This document shows, in pieces, positions 1-10,104 of a stretch of 64,000 nucleotides of DNA (positions are counted from its first letter, which is position 1; every line of letters starts with the position of its first letter). Location: positions 128,001 to 192,000 of the forward strand of contig CAWDRG010000017.1 in NCBI GenBank assembly GCA_963804645.1, read 5' to 3'. Both the position numbers and the translations under genes were made by a program. The notes beneath the pieces are model-generated. The model did no database searches, was not told the origin of the DNA, and was given only the letters and a program-made list of their open reading frames with translations. Source of the stretch: an uncultured Bacillota bacterium. GTDB lineage: Bacteria; Sysuimicrobiota; Sysuimicrobiia; Sysuimicrobiales; Segetimicrobiaceae.

Positions 1-217
1 CGGCCCGCTACACGGCATCACGGGATCGATGCTCGAGCCCGTGTTCTCCTAGTTCATCAGCATTGCGCGCGTCGGAGAGGACATTCGACAGCGCCGTCCC
101 GTAGTGGCGAGTGCGTACCGCACGGCGCGCCCCCTCCTTCACGTGCCGGCTCAACGGACGTCATGGTGTCAATACAGCCTGGGTCGATCATCGGAACGTC
201 ATGCACCGTCCAGGGCG

Positions 218-1393
218 CTATGCCGCCGGCGCGGCGCGCTGCGGGAGGGTAATGCGAACCGTCGTGCCCTGCCCCTCCACGCTGTCGATAGTGAGCTGCC
301 CGTCGTGGCGCTCCGCGATCGCCCGCGCGATCGCCAGCCCGAGGCCGTATCCGCCCCGCGCGCGCCCTCCCTGGTAGAAGGGATCGGTCACCAGCGGCAG
401 CTCGGCCGACGGGATTCCCGGACCTTGGTCCCGAATCTGCGCGATCGCCCGCCCGCCGCGAGCCTCGACGCCCACCGACACCGTCCCGCCCGTGGGGGAG
501 AACTGGATCGCGTTCTCAGTGATGGCCGTCAGCATGTCAGCGGCCTCGCCGGGATCGACGGCGACCCACACCGACTCGCCCTCGGCGTGGATCGACGCCC
601 CGCGCTGGCGGGCGGCCTCCGACAGGCCGGCGACGACGTCTCTTGCGATCTCCGCAAGGTTGGCGATCGGCGATCCCGGGGTCGTGTCCCGCTCGGCGCG
701 GGCGAGCGCCGTGAGGCGCGCCGCGAGGCCTTCGATGCGTCCCGCCTGGTGCAGAATCGTGTCGAGCGCCTCGCGTGGAGAGAGCCCGCGGCCGGAGCGC
801 CCCAGCTCCGCGGCGGTCTTGATCACCGAAAGCGGGGTGCGCAGTTGATGAGACGCGAGCGCCACAAACTCGTTGCGCTCGCGCACGGCCTCGTCCAGCG
901 GCCGAAGGGCCACCCCGGCAAGCGCGTATCCGACCGGAAGGGCGACCAGCCCGCCGGCGAGCGTCAGTGCCGCCAGCACGCGGAGCACTTCGGCCAGCGC
1001 TTGGCTTTCCACTTGCGCGGGCGTCGCGATGACGAGCGTGCCACGGGCGGACGGCACGCGGAGCACTGCCAACGACCCGAGCCGGGGATCGGTGATGATG
1101 CGGAGCCCGTCGCGGGATTCGTCGGCATCGACGGGTTCGGGAGTTTCCAGCAGCGGGCGGCCGCGCTCGTCGATGACGAGATACCCGGACGCGCCTGGAA
1201 CCTCCGTCGCGCGCACCGCGGCGTGTTCGAGGCGTTCGGAAAGGTGCGCGTACGTGGCGCTCCGGACCACGACGTACGCGCACGCGGACAACAAGGCCAG
1301 CACGCCCGCCACGACCAGCGCGCCGAGCACGGCAACGCGCCACCGGCTCCTGCGGAGCAGGCGCGGATGGCCCGACGGCGCCAGTTGGTTCAT
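218..1393 (-). CDS. Sensor histidine kinase (two TM, HisKA + HATPase)
   Basis: H-box FVALASHQLRTPL, N-box ENAIQFS, DQGPGI, GYGLGLAIA. ATG at 1393 overlaps the regulator stop (ATGA). Confidence 0.93.
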   Translation of the reverse strand: MNQLAPSGHPRLLRRSRWRVAVLGALVVAGVLALLSACAYVVVRSATYAHLSERLEHAAVRATEVPGASGYLVIDERGRPLLETPEPVDADESRDGLRIITDPRLGSLAVLRVPSARGTLVIATPAQVESQALAEVLRVLAALTLAGGLVALPVGYALAGVALRPLDEAVRERNEFVALASHQLRTPLSVIKTAAELGRSGRGLSPREALDTILHQAGRIEGLAARLTALARAERDTTPGSPIANLAEIARDVVAGLSEAARQRGASIHAEGESVWVAVDPGEAADMLTAITENAIQFSPTGGTVSVGVEARGGRAIAQIRDQGPGIPSAELPLVTDPFYQGGRARGGYGLGLAIARAIAERHDGQLTIDSVEGQGTTVRITLPQRAAPAA

Positions 1394-2079
1394 GGGGTGG
1401 CCGCGTCCTCCGTCGTCAGACGGTAGCCGTGGCCGGGAATTGCGACGATCCGTCCGGTCCACCCCGCGGTCCGCAGACGACGCCGCAGGCGGGAGACCGT
1501 GACATCGACCACGTTCGCGCGTGGCTCGTCGGTCGTGCCCCAGACCCGATCCAGAATGACATCCCGGGAGAGCAACTGGCCGCCGTGCCGCAGCAGATAC
1601 TCGAGGACCTCGAACTCACGGGGCGGGACCTCGATCCCGCGGCCGGCCACCGTGACCCGCCGCTCGGCCGGCACCACCGTGAGCGATCCTCCGGTCAGGG
1701 TCTCCGACACGACCAGATCCTGGGGACGCCGCAACAGCGCGCGGAGTCGCGCCACCAGCTCCTCGAACGCAAACGGCTTGATCAGATAGTCGTCGGCACC
1801 GGCGTCCAGTCCGGCGATCCGGTCATCGACCCCGCTCCGGGCCGTCAGGCAGAGGATCGGGGTACGCACACCCGCCTCCCGCAGTCCGCGCAGCAGCGTC
1901 AGGCCGTCGAGATTCGGCAGCATCAAGTCAAGGACGAGCGCATCAAACGCGCCGGCGCTCGCGACGTCATACGCCTCTGCGCCATCGCGCGTCCAGCGCA
2001 CGCCGTACCCGTAGCTTTCCAGCCCGCGGCGCACCACGTCTCCGAGCGCCTCGTCGTCCTCGACGAGCAGTACGTGCAT
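1390..2079 (-). CDS. OmpR/PhoB-family response regulator
   Basis: MHVLLVEDD...LVLDLMLP...LTAR...DDYLIKPF plus winged-helix C-terminus (NVVDVTVSRLRRRL, GHGYRL). GGAGG upstream. Confidence 0.95.
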   Translation of the reverse strand: MHVLLVEDDEALGDVVRRGLESYGYGVRWTRDGAEAYDVASAGAFDALVLDLMLPNLDGLTLLRGLREAGVRTPILCLTARSGVDDRIAGLDAGADDYLIKPFAFEELVARLRALLRRPQDLVVSETLTGGSLTVVPAERRVTVAGRGIEVPPREFEVLEYLLRHGGQLLSRDVILDRVWGTTDEPRANVVDVTVSRLRRRLRTAGWTGRIVAIPGHGYRLTTEDAATP

Positions 2080-2147
2080 CGCGATCGCCACCTCCGTACG
2101 TGCATGGTAAGTATACGGGCCGCCGGCGCGCTGCACAAACCGCCCGG

Positions 2148-2777
2148 TCATCGGGGGCGTTCGGTCCCGTTGCCGGCGACCGCCCGCGCCATCCTGTACC
2201 CGCGTTCTCGCGTCGCGTCCGCGGCCCCGGATGACGGCGCCCGGCGGGTGGTCAACGTCCCCGGCGCGGCTGGCACCGCCTGTCCGATCTCCCGACCACG
2301 GCCGCGCTCCCGGTACACCAACTCTCCCCCGGAGTACCCGGTGGCCACCAACACGGCGAAGGTCAGCGCGCCAGCGATCATCGCGAGTCCCGGGCGACGC
2401 AATGTGCCCAGCGCGACGGCGACGCGCGCGGCGACCCAGAGCGCGACGAGAGCGAGCAGGACGTACCCCCAGTGCTCGTGGACCTCCACGCGCCGACCGC
2501 TGAAGAAGTGCGTGAGGTCGGGGAGATGAAGCCCCGGCGCCGCGACGGCGGCACTACCCTCGCGCTCACTCGCTTCCGGGGTGATGCGGCCGCTCAGCAC
2601 GGCCAACACCGTGCCAACCGCGCCGGCGGCGAGGCAGTACAGCCCCGCGACTCGAAACGATGACGACTTGCGCGCCCAGCCGATGATGTCGAACACCAGG
2701 GCCACCGACAAAAGCGCGACGGGAAAGTGGACGAGGATCGGGTGCAACTCCACACGCCAGTTGAAGGGAAACGGCAA
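2148..2777 (-). CDS. DUF2231-type membrane protein (copy 1)
   Basis: ELHPILVHFPVALL N-terminus, VEVHEHWG, TGYSGGELVY. AGGAGG-N7-TTG start is conserved in copy 2. Confidence 0.85.
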   Translation of the reverse strand: MPFPFNWRVELHPILVHFPVALLSVALVFDIIGWARKSSSFRVAGLYCLAAGAVGTVLAVLSGRITPEASEREGSAAVAAPGLHLPDLTHFFSGRRVEVHEHWGYVLLALVALWVAARVAVALGTLRRPGLAMIAGALTFAVLVATGYSGGELVYRERGRGREIGQAVPAAPGTLTTRRAPSSGAADATRERGYRMARAVAGNGTERPR

Positions 2778-2828
2778 CCATCTGCCTCCTTGTCCAGGAT
2801 TCATCGGTAGCACGATCGACCGCGACCC

Positions 2829-2860
2829 AGTCTATCCGGGTGCGATGACAGATCGATGAC
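2829..2860 (-). promoter_or_regulatory. Island promoter motif copy A, upstream of DUF2231-RR-HK
   Basis: Minus strand GTCATC gatct GTCATC gcacccgga TAGACT. Confidence 0.8.
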
Positions 2861-3405
2861 ACGGGCGCTCGGGATCGAGCGTCTGGTCGTGCTCTCTGGC
2901 GACCATCAACAGGCCGTCGATGCGGTGACGAGGCAACTCGGTCTTGATGAGGGGCGAGGCGATCTGCTGCCGGAGGATAAGGTGGCGCCGTTGAGGCGCT
3001 GGAGGCGTCGGGGCGGCCACAATGGTCGGCGACGGCATGAAGACGCACCCGCCCTGGCGGCGGCTACCGTCGGGATCGCCATGGGCGCGGCCGGCACGGA
3101 CGCAGCAACGGAGACCGCGGACGTCGTCCTCATGGGCGACAATCTTGGTCGGCTCCCCTACGCGATCGGGCTGAGCCGTCAGGTCCGCCGGGTCATCGCT
3201 CAAAACCTTGTGTTCGCATTTTGCGTCGTGGCCGTGCTGGTGACCGTCGTGCTGGTCACGGGCTACGGCTGGCGTTCGGCGTCGTGGGCCACGAGGGCAT
3301 CACGGTGGTGGTGGTGGTGGTGGTGGTGGTGCTGAACGGACTTCGGCTTCTCGGGTACGACTCGTCCCCGTCGGCAACCGACATCGTGTCCCATTCCGGC
3401 ATAGC
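2860..3405 (+). pseudogene. C-terminal remnant of a P1B heavy-metal P-type ATPase
   Basis: LSGDH...LLPEDK...DAPALAAATVGIAMGAAGTD...ADVVLM, then frameshifted GVVGHEGIT...LNGLRLL. No N-terminus or DKTGT; the GDGxND motif is disrupted. Confidence 0.85.
3305..3331 (+). repeat. (GTG)9 trinucleotide tract
   Basis: Read directly; encodes poly-Val in the ATPase remnant. Confidence 0.9.
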
Positions 3406-3618
3406 ATCCGCCCGCGGCGGCCCACCGGCCGTGAACGCGTTGCCTCACCCGCACATGCCGCCGTCGGCCGGCCCCCGTTGCTCGTGACGTTTGTTGTGCA
3501 GCTGTCGGAGGTCCTAGACGGTGGACCCTACGGCTTCAGCGACACAGGGTATGCCCAAACGCCGTGCCCGGAACCGCCGGTGGAGGAATTGAGAGCGCCC
3601 GTGTCGCCGCACGTCCAC

Positions 3619-3650
3619 GTCATCGGGCCGTCATCCTCACCCGCTACGCT
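3619..3650 (+). promoter_or_regulatory. Island promoter motif copy B, upstream of small protein 1
   Basis: GTCATC gggcc GTCATC ctcacccgc TACGCT. Confidence 0.8.
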
Positions 3651-3685
3651 GGGATCGATTGGCGACGGGCGCCAGCGGAGGGCGT

Positions 3686-3961
3686 ATGGGGACTCAACGC
3701 GACACCACCGACCTGGTGATCGCCGAAGCGCGCTTGCAGATCGTCCGGGTGCACCGACGCGAGTGGCGCAGGGTCCAGCGCCGCCTCGAGCGGCACGCCA
3801 ACCCTCCGGTGAGCCCTCCGCGCGACCCGAACGGTCCATGGACGGCCGCATGCGAACGCCGAACAGGCACGCATCGTCGTCCGCCCCCTCTCGACAACCC
3901 GATCACGTGTGCAGTGACTCGATCTCGCGCAGTCGATCAAGCTCGTGCCCCGCGGCGGTGA
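3686..3961 (+). CDS. Small Arg-rich hypothetical protein (paralog 1)
   Basis: GGAGG then ATG; MGTQRDTTDLVIAEARLQIVRVHRREWRRVQRRLER. Paralog at 12547. The 3' end is uncertain. Confidence 0.6.
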   Translation: MGTQRDTTDLVIAEARLQIVRVHRREWRRVQRRLERHANPPVSPPRDPNGPWTAACERRTGTHRRPPPLDNPITCAVTRSRAVDQARAPRR

Positions 3962-4175
3962 TCGCCTTCGGGGTTACGGCGCGGGTATCCACCATGGCAT
4001 CAACACGGCGATATCCTGGGAGGCATGCTCGCGAGCAGCGCGGTCGTGGCGCCCCGAGCCCGTGGTCTGTTGGAGCCGATGCTGAAGGGCGCTCGTCGGA
4101 CGGCTCGGCGTCTGCGTTTCGGGTAACTATGGACGGCGTGCCGGGGGCCGGGATGGGAAGTCTCGAACGACCGTA

Positions 4176-5036
4176 ATGCTCCTTGGCCCGCTCTACCGGA
4201 TCTACGAAGCACGACTCCTAACGAGTCTGCGAGATGGACCCCTTCCCAAGCACGTTGGCCTCATCCTTGACGGCAACCGCCGCTATGCGGAGCAATCGGG
4301 GCGGTCGAGCGCCGACGCGTACCAGCGAGGGGCCGACAAGGTTGACGACGTCCTCAAGTGGTGTGATGAACTCGGGATTGCCCAGGTCACGGTGTGGGTG
4401 CTCTCCATCGAAAATCTCAACCGTCCTGTCGAGGAAATGCAGCCTCTGCTTGATGTGATCGAGCGGAAGATTGCGGCGTTGGCCGGGCATCCGGTGACGA
4501 CACGACACGGACGTCGCATCCGCGCGGTCGGTCACCTGGAGGCGCTCCCGCCATCCCTTCGGCAGACGATCGCTGAGGCGGAGCGGCGCACCGCGGGGCA
4601 TGATACCTGCGTCCTGAACCTCGCCGTCGGATACAGCGGCCGGCAGGAGATCACCGATGCGGTCCGGGCGCTGGTGCGGGCTCACTACCGGCCGGGCATC
4701 ACCATCGAGGACCTGATGGCGCACCTTACCCTCGAAGAGATCGGGTGCCACATGTACGCTGGGAGCGACGACGATCCTGATCTGATCATTCGAACCAGCG
4801 GGGAGATCCGATTGAGTGGTTTCCTGCTGTGGCAAAGCGTCTACAGCGAGTATTACTTCTGTGATGTCTACTGGCCCGCGTTCCGCAAGGTGGACTTCTT
4901 GCGGGCGCTTCGCAGCTATCAGCAGCGACAGCGTCGGTTTGGTCGTAGTAGAGCGGGCATGTCGGGCGGCATGGCGCACCTCGACGCGGGCGATCGGATG
5001 CCCGACATCGGTATTATGCTCCGCGCGCCGCGCTGA
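4176..5036 (+). CDS. uppS: cis-prenyltransferase (UppS/Z-isoprenyl diphosphate synthase family)
   Basis: PKHVGLILDGNRR, SIENLNRP, PDLIIRTSGEIRLSGFLLWQS, QRRFG. The tail after RRFGR may reflect a lost stop near 4950. Confidence 0.92.
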   Translation: MLLGPLYRIYEARLLTSLRDGPLPKHVGLILDGNRRYAEQSGRSSADAYQRGADKVDDVLKWCDELGIAQVTVWVLSIENLNRPVEEMQPLLDVIERKIAALAGHPVTTRHGRRIRAVGHLEALPPSLRQTIAEAERRTAGHDTCVLNLAVGYSGRQEITDAVRALVRAHYRPGITIEDLMAHLTLEEIGCHMYAGSDDDPDLIIRTSGEIRLSGFLLWQSVYSEYYFCDVYWPAFRKVDFLRALRSYQQRQRRFGRSRAGMSGGMAHLDAGDRMPDIGIMLRAPR

Positions 5037-5262
5037 TATGCGCGAGCGTCGAGCGGGGCGAACCGGCGGGGAGAAAAGCCGCGGCCCGAGGCATCACGAC
5101 TGGGGGGAGGAACGTCGATGACACCAAGGGCCGCGGCGTATTGCCGAATGTGAGCAAGGTGGGGCCGAGCGACGTCCTGCCCGCCCAGGCGGCCCTCGCG
5201 CGGGAGCTCCCTGGTGATGTACAGCATCGGGAGGCGGGCGATCTCATAATGTTCTTGGCATT

Positions 5263-6603
5263 TCATCGCGCTTGTGCGGCGTCCAGCGCCGCCTGCAGCT
5301 GGGTATCCACGCCGCGCTCCATGTCGGCCTCCGTGAGCGTCACGGGAACGTCGGGTGAGAGTCCCACGCCCTCAACCCGCGCGCCTCGAGGGGTGGTAAT
5401 CCGCTCGACCGTCACGGACATCCCACCCTCCGGGAGGGGGACCTCAACCGCCCCACCTAGAGCGCCCGCAGTCTTCTCTCCCACGATCGTCGCTCGATGA
5501 TAGTCCCTGAACGCGCCGGTCACGATCTCCGCGGCGGAGGCGGTGCCCGCATCGACCAGAACAGCGAGGGGAACCTCGGCGAGGAGGCCCACCCCCCGCG
5601 CCGTGAGCACGCCAGTCCCGTTCCGCGGGTCCGTCACATTCGCCAGCGCGGTCCCGGACGGGAGGAACAGGCCGCCGACGCGCGCCGCTTCGGTGATGAG
5701 GCCGCCGGGGTTGCCGCGCAGGTCGAGGATGACGGCGCGCAGCGGAGCCTGCATGGCGAGTTCCTGAAGGGCGGCGTTCAGATCGCGTCCGGCTCCCTGG
5801 CTGAACTGGAAGAGGCGGACGTAGGCGATGCCGGGCTGGATGAACCGGGCTTCCACGGCTCCCGATTGGATGGGGGCCCGGACGACCGACATCTGCAGGG
5901 TCTGCTGGCCCCGCAGCACAGTGAGGGCCACCGTCGTGCCGGCCGGACCGCGGACTGCCTGGCTCGCCTCCGCGGGGGTCGCATCCCGAAGGGACGTGGT
6001 GCCGGCCTGCACGATCCGGTCGAAGCGTTGGATGCCCGCGGCTTCAGCGGGGGATCCCGGCACCACGTCGTCGACAAAGACCCAGCGCACGCCGGCGCCG
6101 TCGGTCCGTCCCGTGATCCGGACGCCGATGCCGGTGAACACCGACGCTCCTGCCAGTACCTGCTGAGACGCCGCGAACTGGCTCGGAGTCAGGAAGTAGG
6201 TGTGGGTGTCGTGCAGGGAGTTGAGCATCCCCTGGGTCGCGGCATACGCCAGTTTCGTCTCGGCCTGCGGGTCCGCCTGAGCGGCGCGCGAAAACTCCGT
6301 CACAAACGCGGCGTCCGCCTCCTGCTCCGTAGCCGTGCTCGGGATATCCGGGAGGATCGCGGCGCTCTCATGGGTAGCCGTCCGCACGGTCGCGAGCGCC
6401 GCGTTCAGCAGGTCGACCGGATGCACGGGCTCCGCATAGTTCCGTTCGAGCACCTGGAGTGCTGACACGACGAGCGACCCGTCGGCCGCCCTGGCCGGGA
6501 CCACCTGGGCCAGCAGCGCCAGCACTATCACGAGGGCCGACGCCGCGAGAGTGCCGCGCGACCACGCGGACCGCGCATGACCCAACTTCCCCGGCATGTT
6601 CAT
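5263..6603 (-). CDS. S41 family C-terminal processing peptidase with PDZ domain, secreted
   Basis: Signal peptide, FTGIGV/PGSPAE PDZ domain, DLRGNPGG, TASAAE. GGAGG before ATG 6603. Confidence 0.9.
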   Translation of the reverse strand: MNMPGKLGHARSAWSRGTLAASALVIVLALLAQVVPARAADGSLVVSALQVLERNYAEPVHPVDLLNAALATVRTATHESAAILPDIPSTATEQEADAAFVTEFSRAAQADPQAETKLAYAATQGMLNSLHDTHTYFLTPSQFAASQQVLAGASVFTGIGVRITGRTDGAGVRWVFVDDVVPGSPAEAAGIQRFDRIVQAGTTSLRDATPAEASQAVRGPAGTTVALTVLRGQQTLQMSVVRAPIQSGAVEARFIQPGIAYVRLFQFSQGAGRDLNAALQELAMQAPLRAVILDLRGNPGGLITEAARVGGLFLPSGTALANVTDPRNGTGVLTARGVGLLAEVPLAVLVDAGTASAAEIVTGAFRDYHRATIVGEKTAGALGGAVEVPLPEGGMSVTVERITTPRGARVEGVGLSPDVPVTLTEADMERGVDTQLQAALDAAQAR

Positions 6604-6651
6604 TCTGAGACCTCCTCGTCCCACCCGGCGCATGTGCCGGAGGTACCCGCG

Positions 6652-7328
6652 CTACGGTGCGCGCTGCGCAGTAAACTGAATCTCCAGTTCCACCTGGTTC
6701 TGGGCCTGGAGCACCCCCAGGAGGGACGGCGGATCGAACCCGAAATCCGTCATCAGGACGCTCGTGGTGGCGTCGCCGGTCAGCGTCTGGCCGTTGAGCG
6801 TGACCGTGCCGGTGAAGTGACCGGCTTGGTGACGCCGTGGACCTCGAGGGTGCCGGCGATCCGGACGGGGATCACCCGGCCGTCCACGTAGGCAGCTCGG
6901 GAGGCCGTCGATCGAGGTTGGCGTGAACACCGCGGTCGGGTACCGCCCGGACTCGAGCCAGCGGTTCTGGATTTCCCGGTCGCGGCGGCGGCTGTCCGAG
7001 GTGAGCTGGCTGATGTTGACGGTGATCGGGCCGATCCGGCTCTGCGACGGGTGGGCCCGATCGACCAGGATCTGGCCCTGGATCCCGTGCGTCGTCCCAA
7101 CCGCGACTTGAATTGATTGTTCCGGTTGAAGAACGTCTCGCCGACGCGGTACAGCGCCTGCGACGCCGACGAATCGATCGCGAACCGTTCCACGCCTGCT
7201 ACGGCGGGCGCCGGGACGGGCGCGGCCGCGAGCGCGCCGCCGGACGGCATCCAGGCGGCGAAAAGGGGCGTCAGCGTCAACAGGCCCACGCGGCGCCGCA
7301 GGTATGTCAATCCGGTCCAAGGGTGCAT
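6652..7328 (-). pseudogene. YceI-family lipid/polyisoprenoid-binding protein (copy 1; frameshifted as assembled)
   Basis: FAIDSSASQALYRVGETFF, LTSDSRRRD, YPTAVF, GTLEVHGVTKPVT and MTDFGFDPP lie in different frames; the breaks may be sequencing indels. Confidence 0.8.
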
Positions 7329-7455
7329 GCCGAGTGCTCCTTTCATGCGCCGGGGTGTGCCGAGCGTCCGCGCGATCGCGCGGCTCGAATAACAGTCCAA
7401 TCGGCTATCCTCTTCCGTTCCCGTACAACCTCAGTCGTCTCGCCTCCAATGGCCT

Positions 7456-7487
7456 AACGTACCTCGGCGAGATGACATCCGGATGAC
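7456..7487 (-). promoter_or_regulatory. Island promoter motif copy C, upstream of yceI copy 1-S41
   Basis: Minus strand GTCATC cggat GTCATC tcgccgagg TACGTT. Confidence 0.8.
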
Positions 7488-7851
7488 ACGGGTCGCTCGC
7501 ACGATCGAGCCGATGTCCGAGATTCCTGCCCTTCGCAGAACCGTGTTCGGGGCGGCACGCAGGTCGAGTCGCGCGCGCGTCCAGATCGTGATGGTTGACA
7601 AGAACGGCTTGCACGGCACGCCCGTGTGGCTGATGGGCATCAGTATCGATACTCCGACGCGCAAACGGAAGTCCGGTGAGCGCGTGCGTCTCGTCGCGCC
7701 GTGGAAGTATCATCGCTGCGTTACCAGCCCTGTGGAAAGCCCGACACACGCTGTTACTGAACCGCCGTGTCCGGGAGCGCCGCCCGGGCAGCCCTGGCGC
7801 GGCGCCGGCCCACAACTGGAGAATCTAGGTCGTGAGTAGCCCGGCGTGGCT

Positions 7852-7883
7852 GTCATCGGTCCGTCATCCTCAGCCGTTAGGCT
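7852..7883 (+). promoter_or_regulatory. Island promoter motif copy D, upstream of secreted protein-DoxX pair 1
   Basis: GTCATC ggtcc GTCATC ctcagccgt TAGGCT. Confidence 0.8.
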
Positions 7884-7917
7884 GGGATCGATTGAGGGCA
7901 CTGGAGGTGACACCACC

Positions 7918-8570
7918 GTGAGTGCAGAACGCGCCCCCTGGAAAATCGTCGTGTTGGCGCTGACCGCCGTGGTCGGCCTGGGGCTCGGGATCGACGGCGC
8001 CCGCGCGCCGGCGCTAAATCCGGCGCTCGCCGGTATCGGGAGCGCTGCGCCGGCGGCCGGGAGCACCGGCACCGCCGGATCCGCCTCGCCCCGCGCTCAT
8101 GGCGGCAGCGCTCCGTCATCTGCCTGCCCGGCCGAGGACCAACCGCAGGCGCTGGCGAGGAGGCGGGCGAGCGCGGAAACGCCGAACACGGTGAGACGCT
8201 CGCAGCCTCGTCGCAGACTGCGCCGGCCGGGACGCCCTCCGGTTCGCCGCCTCCGGCGGTCGGCCCGCTGCTGTCGGAGATGTGGTACGCGTCTCGCGCC
8301 TATCAAGTGTATCCTGCGATGCCGTCCGCTCAGACGGACCGCGCCTTGACCGGTTTCCGGCTCTCGTTCCAGGATGTAAGTCCGACGTCCGCGAAAGTCA
8401 CGGTGACGGACCTCCAGGACAACACGACGCAAACCGCCACGTTCGGTCGCACCGACCGCCTCTACTTCATCGAAACACGAATGGGGGATGATGGCTTTGA
8501 TGGCGAGACAAACCTTTCCGACGATGGATTCGTCCTCACGGACGCCCAAGGCCACATCATCAGCCACTAG
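7918..8570 (+). pseudogene. Secreted/anchored hypothetical protein with acidic C-terminal domain (paralog 1; frameshifted in linker)
   Basis: GGAGGT-GTG start and hydrophobic N-terminus. C-domain WYASRAYQVYP...RLYFIETRMGDDG...DDGFVLTDAQGHI matches 11669-12397. Confidence 0.7.
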
Positions 8571-8589
8571 CGACCGGCGGCTCGGCCCT

Positions 8590-8950
8590 GCCTGATCGCC
8601 AGGTTGGCGACCGGGCTCATCCTGTGATGCTTCGGCGTTTGGGAGCTCGCCGGCCCGAGCCAATGGACGGGCTATGTGCCGCAGTTCCTGGCGAACATCG
8701 CCTCGCCAATGTTGCTCGTCGTCCTCCATGGGTGGATTTTGTTCCTGCTCGGCGCAGCGGCGCTGATCGATTTCGCGCCGGTGGTCACTGCATGGATCGC
8801 GGTCGTGGTCGTGGCGGAGGTCGCCGGCGGGCTGGCACTGACGAGCGGGTTCACCGAGATCCTCGTCCGGGACGTTGGGCTCCTCGCCCTGGCGCTAGTA
8901 TGGGCGCTGGAGAGCAAACGCCGCGAGATGCATGCGCGGCGAATCAACTC
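8590..8950 (+). pseudogene. DoxX-like membrane protein (paralog 1; in-frame TGA at 8625)
   Basis: LIARLATGLIL*CFGVWELAGPSQWTGYVP...VRDVGLLALALVWA aligns with 11052-11672. No in-frame start codon. Confidence 0.7.
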
Positions 8951-9269
8951 GGAACGGCGTAGCCGGGTCGTGGGCGATCGACGAGCCGCCGGGGTGGGGC
9001 TATTCGAGCGCGCGCAGGCACTCGACGACGTACCGATCTACATTCACCCGGCCGACCTTCCGGTATGCGATACGGGACATTTACTTCAAAAAATATCAAG
9101 GATTGGCGCGCACGGCATGAGGGTGGGCGCTCGACACCGGCACACATCTCCTCCGGCTTATGTGTCGCGGGCTGCGACGCCTATCCCATGGCACGAAGCA
9201 TCGTGGGACATATCCGGAAGCGTGCAACCATACAATTACCGCCGGGAGCCATCGGGCGACCGCCGAGCC

Positions 9270-9856
9270 CGACCTGGTGCCATGGCTCGGGCGCCGGGCA
9301 AGCTGCACCCGATGACGACGATCGGCGGGTGATCGGCGCTATCGATGCGGCGGTCGCCGGCACCACCTGACCGCTCTCGCGACCGCGCTCCCGGTAGACC
9401 AGCGCCCTCCGGAGTAGCCGGTGACCAGCAACACGGCGAAGGTCAGCACGCCAGCGACCATCGCCAGCCCCGGACGACGGAGTTTGCCCAGGGCGACGGC
9501 CAGGCGCGCGGCGACCCAGAGCGCGACGAGAGCGAGCAGGACGTACCCCCAGTGCTCGTGGACCTCCACGCGCCGGCCGCTGAAGAAGTGCGCGAGGTCG
9601 GCAGATGAATTCCCGGCGCCGCGACGGCGGCACCACCCTCGCGCTCATTCGCTTCCGGAGTGATGCGACCACTCAGCACGGCCAACACCGTGCCAACCGC
9701 GCCGGCGGCGAGGCAGTACAAGCCCGCGACTCGCAACGAGGACGATTTGCGCGCCCAGCCGATGACGTCGAACAACAGGGCCATCGACAACAGGGCGACC
9801 GGGAAATGGACCAGGATCGGGTGCAGCTCGACACGCCAGTTGAAGGGAAACGGCAA
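9270..9856 (-). pseudogene. DUF2231-type membrane protein (copy 2; frameshifted)
   Basis: Nucleotide paralog of 2148-2777 with indels near 9600 and 9405. Confidence 0.8.
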
Positions 9857-9904
9857 CGATCTTCCTCCTTGTCTCGTCTGCAGCGCCATCGACCGCGACG
9901 CAGT

Positions 9905-10075
9905 GTTTTCGGGCACCTGGAGCCCCGACACGAGCGCCCTGTCGACCACCCTCGCGGGAACCACCTGGACCACCGACACCCGCACGAGGGCCCACCCCGC
10001 GGGAGCGCCGCGCGCTCCCGCGGATCTCACGTACCCCGGCGTCGCCCGGCCCGACCACGCCGAGCACTCCTCGTC
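9905..10075 (-). pseudogene. 5' remnant of a second S41 peptidase copy
   Basis: QVVPARVVDRALVSGLQV resembles QVVPARAADGSLVVSALQV of the 5263-6603 gene, in the same position downstream of yceI. Confidence 0.65.
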
Positions 10076-10104
10076 TCACCGCGCGTGCGCCGAAGGTACG
10101 CTCG

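Noticed and set aside
187..203. ATCATC-N5-GTCATG, resembling the island motif
   Set aside because: Two mismatches, no TANNNT at N9, and it points antisense into the kinase 3' end; not counted.
3263..3454. Poly-His (minus strand) and poly-Trp ORFs
   Set aside because: Alternative-frame readings of the (GTG)9 tract in the ATPase remnant.
7483..7839. ORF between divergent promoters C and D
   Set aside because: No recognisable motif or RBS; cannot be supported.
8950..9270. Lower-GC stretch read through by the DoxX copy 1 ORF
   Set aside because: No family motif or RNA structure recognised; probably a junction remnant.
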